Below the pieces are notes generated by a model. The model searched no databases. It had not been told where the DNA came from and worked only from the letters and a program-made list of their open reading frames with translations. From IMG/VR virus record IMGVR_UViG_2695420343_000001: a stretch of DNA of 16,436 nucleotides, one strand, 5' to 3'. The DNA comes from a virus. Its lineage: Monodnaviria > Loebvirae > Hofneiviricota > Faserviricetes > Tubulavirales > Inoviridae. Position 1 is the stretch's first letter; each line of letters starts with the position of its first letter. Positions 15,797 through 16,436 of this stretch are shown here, in pieces. The translations under genes were made by a program, and so were the position numbers.

Positions 15797-16436
15797 ATGG
15801 CTATTTCTGCATATATTGGCATACCCGGCTCAGGAAAAAGTTATGAAGCCGTTTGCAATGTCATTATTCCTGCATTTACCAGCGGCCGGAGAGTTGTGAC
15901 GAACATTTATGGTTTACAAAAAGATAAAATCACCGAACGTTATCCTGATGCAACGGGAGAAATTATTGTTGTGGATAATGATGATGTGCTTAAAGCAGAT
16001 TTCTTTCCTTTTAAAGGTGGGGAAGGGAGCTTTTGCCAGTTTGGTGATTTAATTGTTATTGATGAAGCATGGCGAATCTTCGGTAGCGATAAGGATATGA
16101 CGGCTGAGAAGAAATCATTTATTGCTGAACATCGTCATTTTACGCACCCTGAAACGGGTATTAGCTGTGATTTGGTTATTGTAAATCAGTCACTTTCTAA
16201 TATTGCTCGCTTTCTGAAAGACAAAATAGAAACAACTTACCGGATGCGCAAGCTGAAAGCGTTGGGCCTGAATAATCATTACTGCATTGACGTATATTCA
16301 GGCCACAAAATCTATAAAAGCAACCTCGTCACCAGTTATCGCAATAAATATAACCCTGATATTTTTGAACTTTATAAAAGCTATGAAGGAAATAACGGTA
16401 ATGAAAAGCAGACAGATAAACGCCAGAGCATCTGGA
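15797..16436 (+). CDS. Zot / gpI-like assembly ATPase, 5' portion only (copy 2, truncated by window end)
   Basis: Same start and Walker A as 6440..7465; runs off the window. Confidence 0.8.
   Translation, partial: MAISAYIGIPGSGKSYEAVCNVIIPAFTSGRRVVTNIYGLQKDKITERYPDATGEIIVVDNDDVLKADFFPFKGGEGSFCQFGDLIVIDEAWRIFGSDKDMTAEKKSFIAEHRHFTHPETGISCDLVIVNQSLSNIARFLKDKIETTYRMRKLKALGLNNHYCIDVYSGHKIYKSNLVTSYRNKYNPDIFELYKSYEGNNGNEKQTDKRQSIW

Larger units (their letters stand above)
222..16436. repeat. Head-to-tail tandem direct repeat, period 9357 bp (copy 1 222-9578; copy 2 9579-16436, truncated)
   Basis: Sequence from 222 onward recurs from 9579 onward. Every ORF in the track for copy 1 reappears with identical translation at +9357 (e.g. 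320..691 = 9677..10048; 4424..6136 = 13781..15493). Sequence left of 222 (…cttggtttatg) differs from sequence left of 9579 (…catccttaccat). Confidence 0.9.
9579..16436 (+). mobile_element. Filamentous prophage, copy 2 (truncated by window end inside the gI/Zot-like gene)
   Basis: Same as copy 1, offset 9357. Confidence 0.85.

Noticed and set aside
222-16436. The tandem repeat as an artefact of a circular phage genome written out more than once
   Set aside because: The left flank 1-221 is unique and differs from the sequence preceding copy 2, indicating a host-phage junction. Assembly collapse or expansion of copy number cannot be excluded without long reads.
1-16436. CRISPR array, tRNA/rRNA genes, integrase or transposase
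   Set aside because: No short regularly spaced direct repeats, no cloverleaf-like or rRNA-like sequence, and no ORF with recombinase or transposase character. Integration is better explained by the dif-like sites and host XerCD.

Overview
The window is a head-to-tail tandem array of a ~9.36 kb filamentous (inovirus-type, CTXphi/Ff-like) prophage inserted at a dif-like XerCD site. Bases 1-221 are unique flank carrying the 3' end of a presumed host gene. Copy 1 spans 222-9578; copy 2 starts at 9579, encodes identical proteins throughout, and is cut by the window end inside the Zot/gI-like gene. Each unit contains: (i) an attP-like region with two inverted dif-like sites around a perfect hairpin; (ii) a leftward module of three uncharacterised small genes (two membrane proteins, one soluble) plus an XRE-type HTH repressor; (iii) a divergent control region; (iv) a rightward module with a Rep_trans rolling-circle initiator, a candidate ssDNA-binding protein, a small membrane protein, a major coat protein, a gIII-like adsorption protein, a gVI-like protein, a Zot/gI-like ATPase and a gIV-like secretin; (v) a visibly GC-richer tail with two small ORFs and hairpins. 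No integrase, rRNA, tRNA or CRISPR array was seen. The best candidates for undescribed biology are the three-gene leftward cargo cassette and the post-secretin tail. All functional calls rest on motifs and gene order read by eye, not on database searches.
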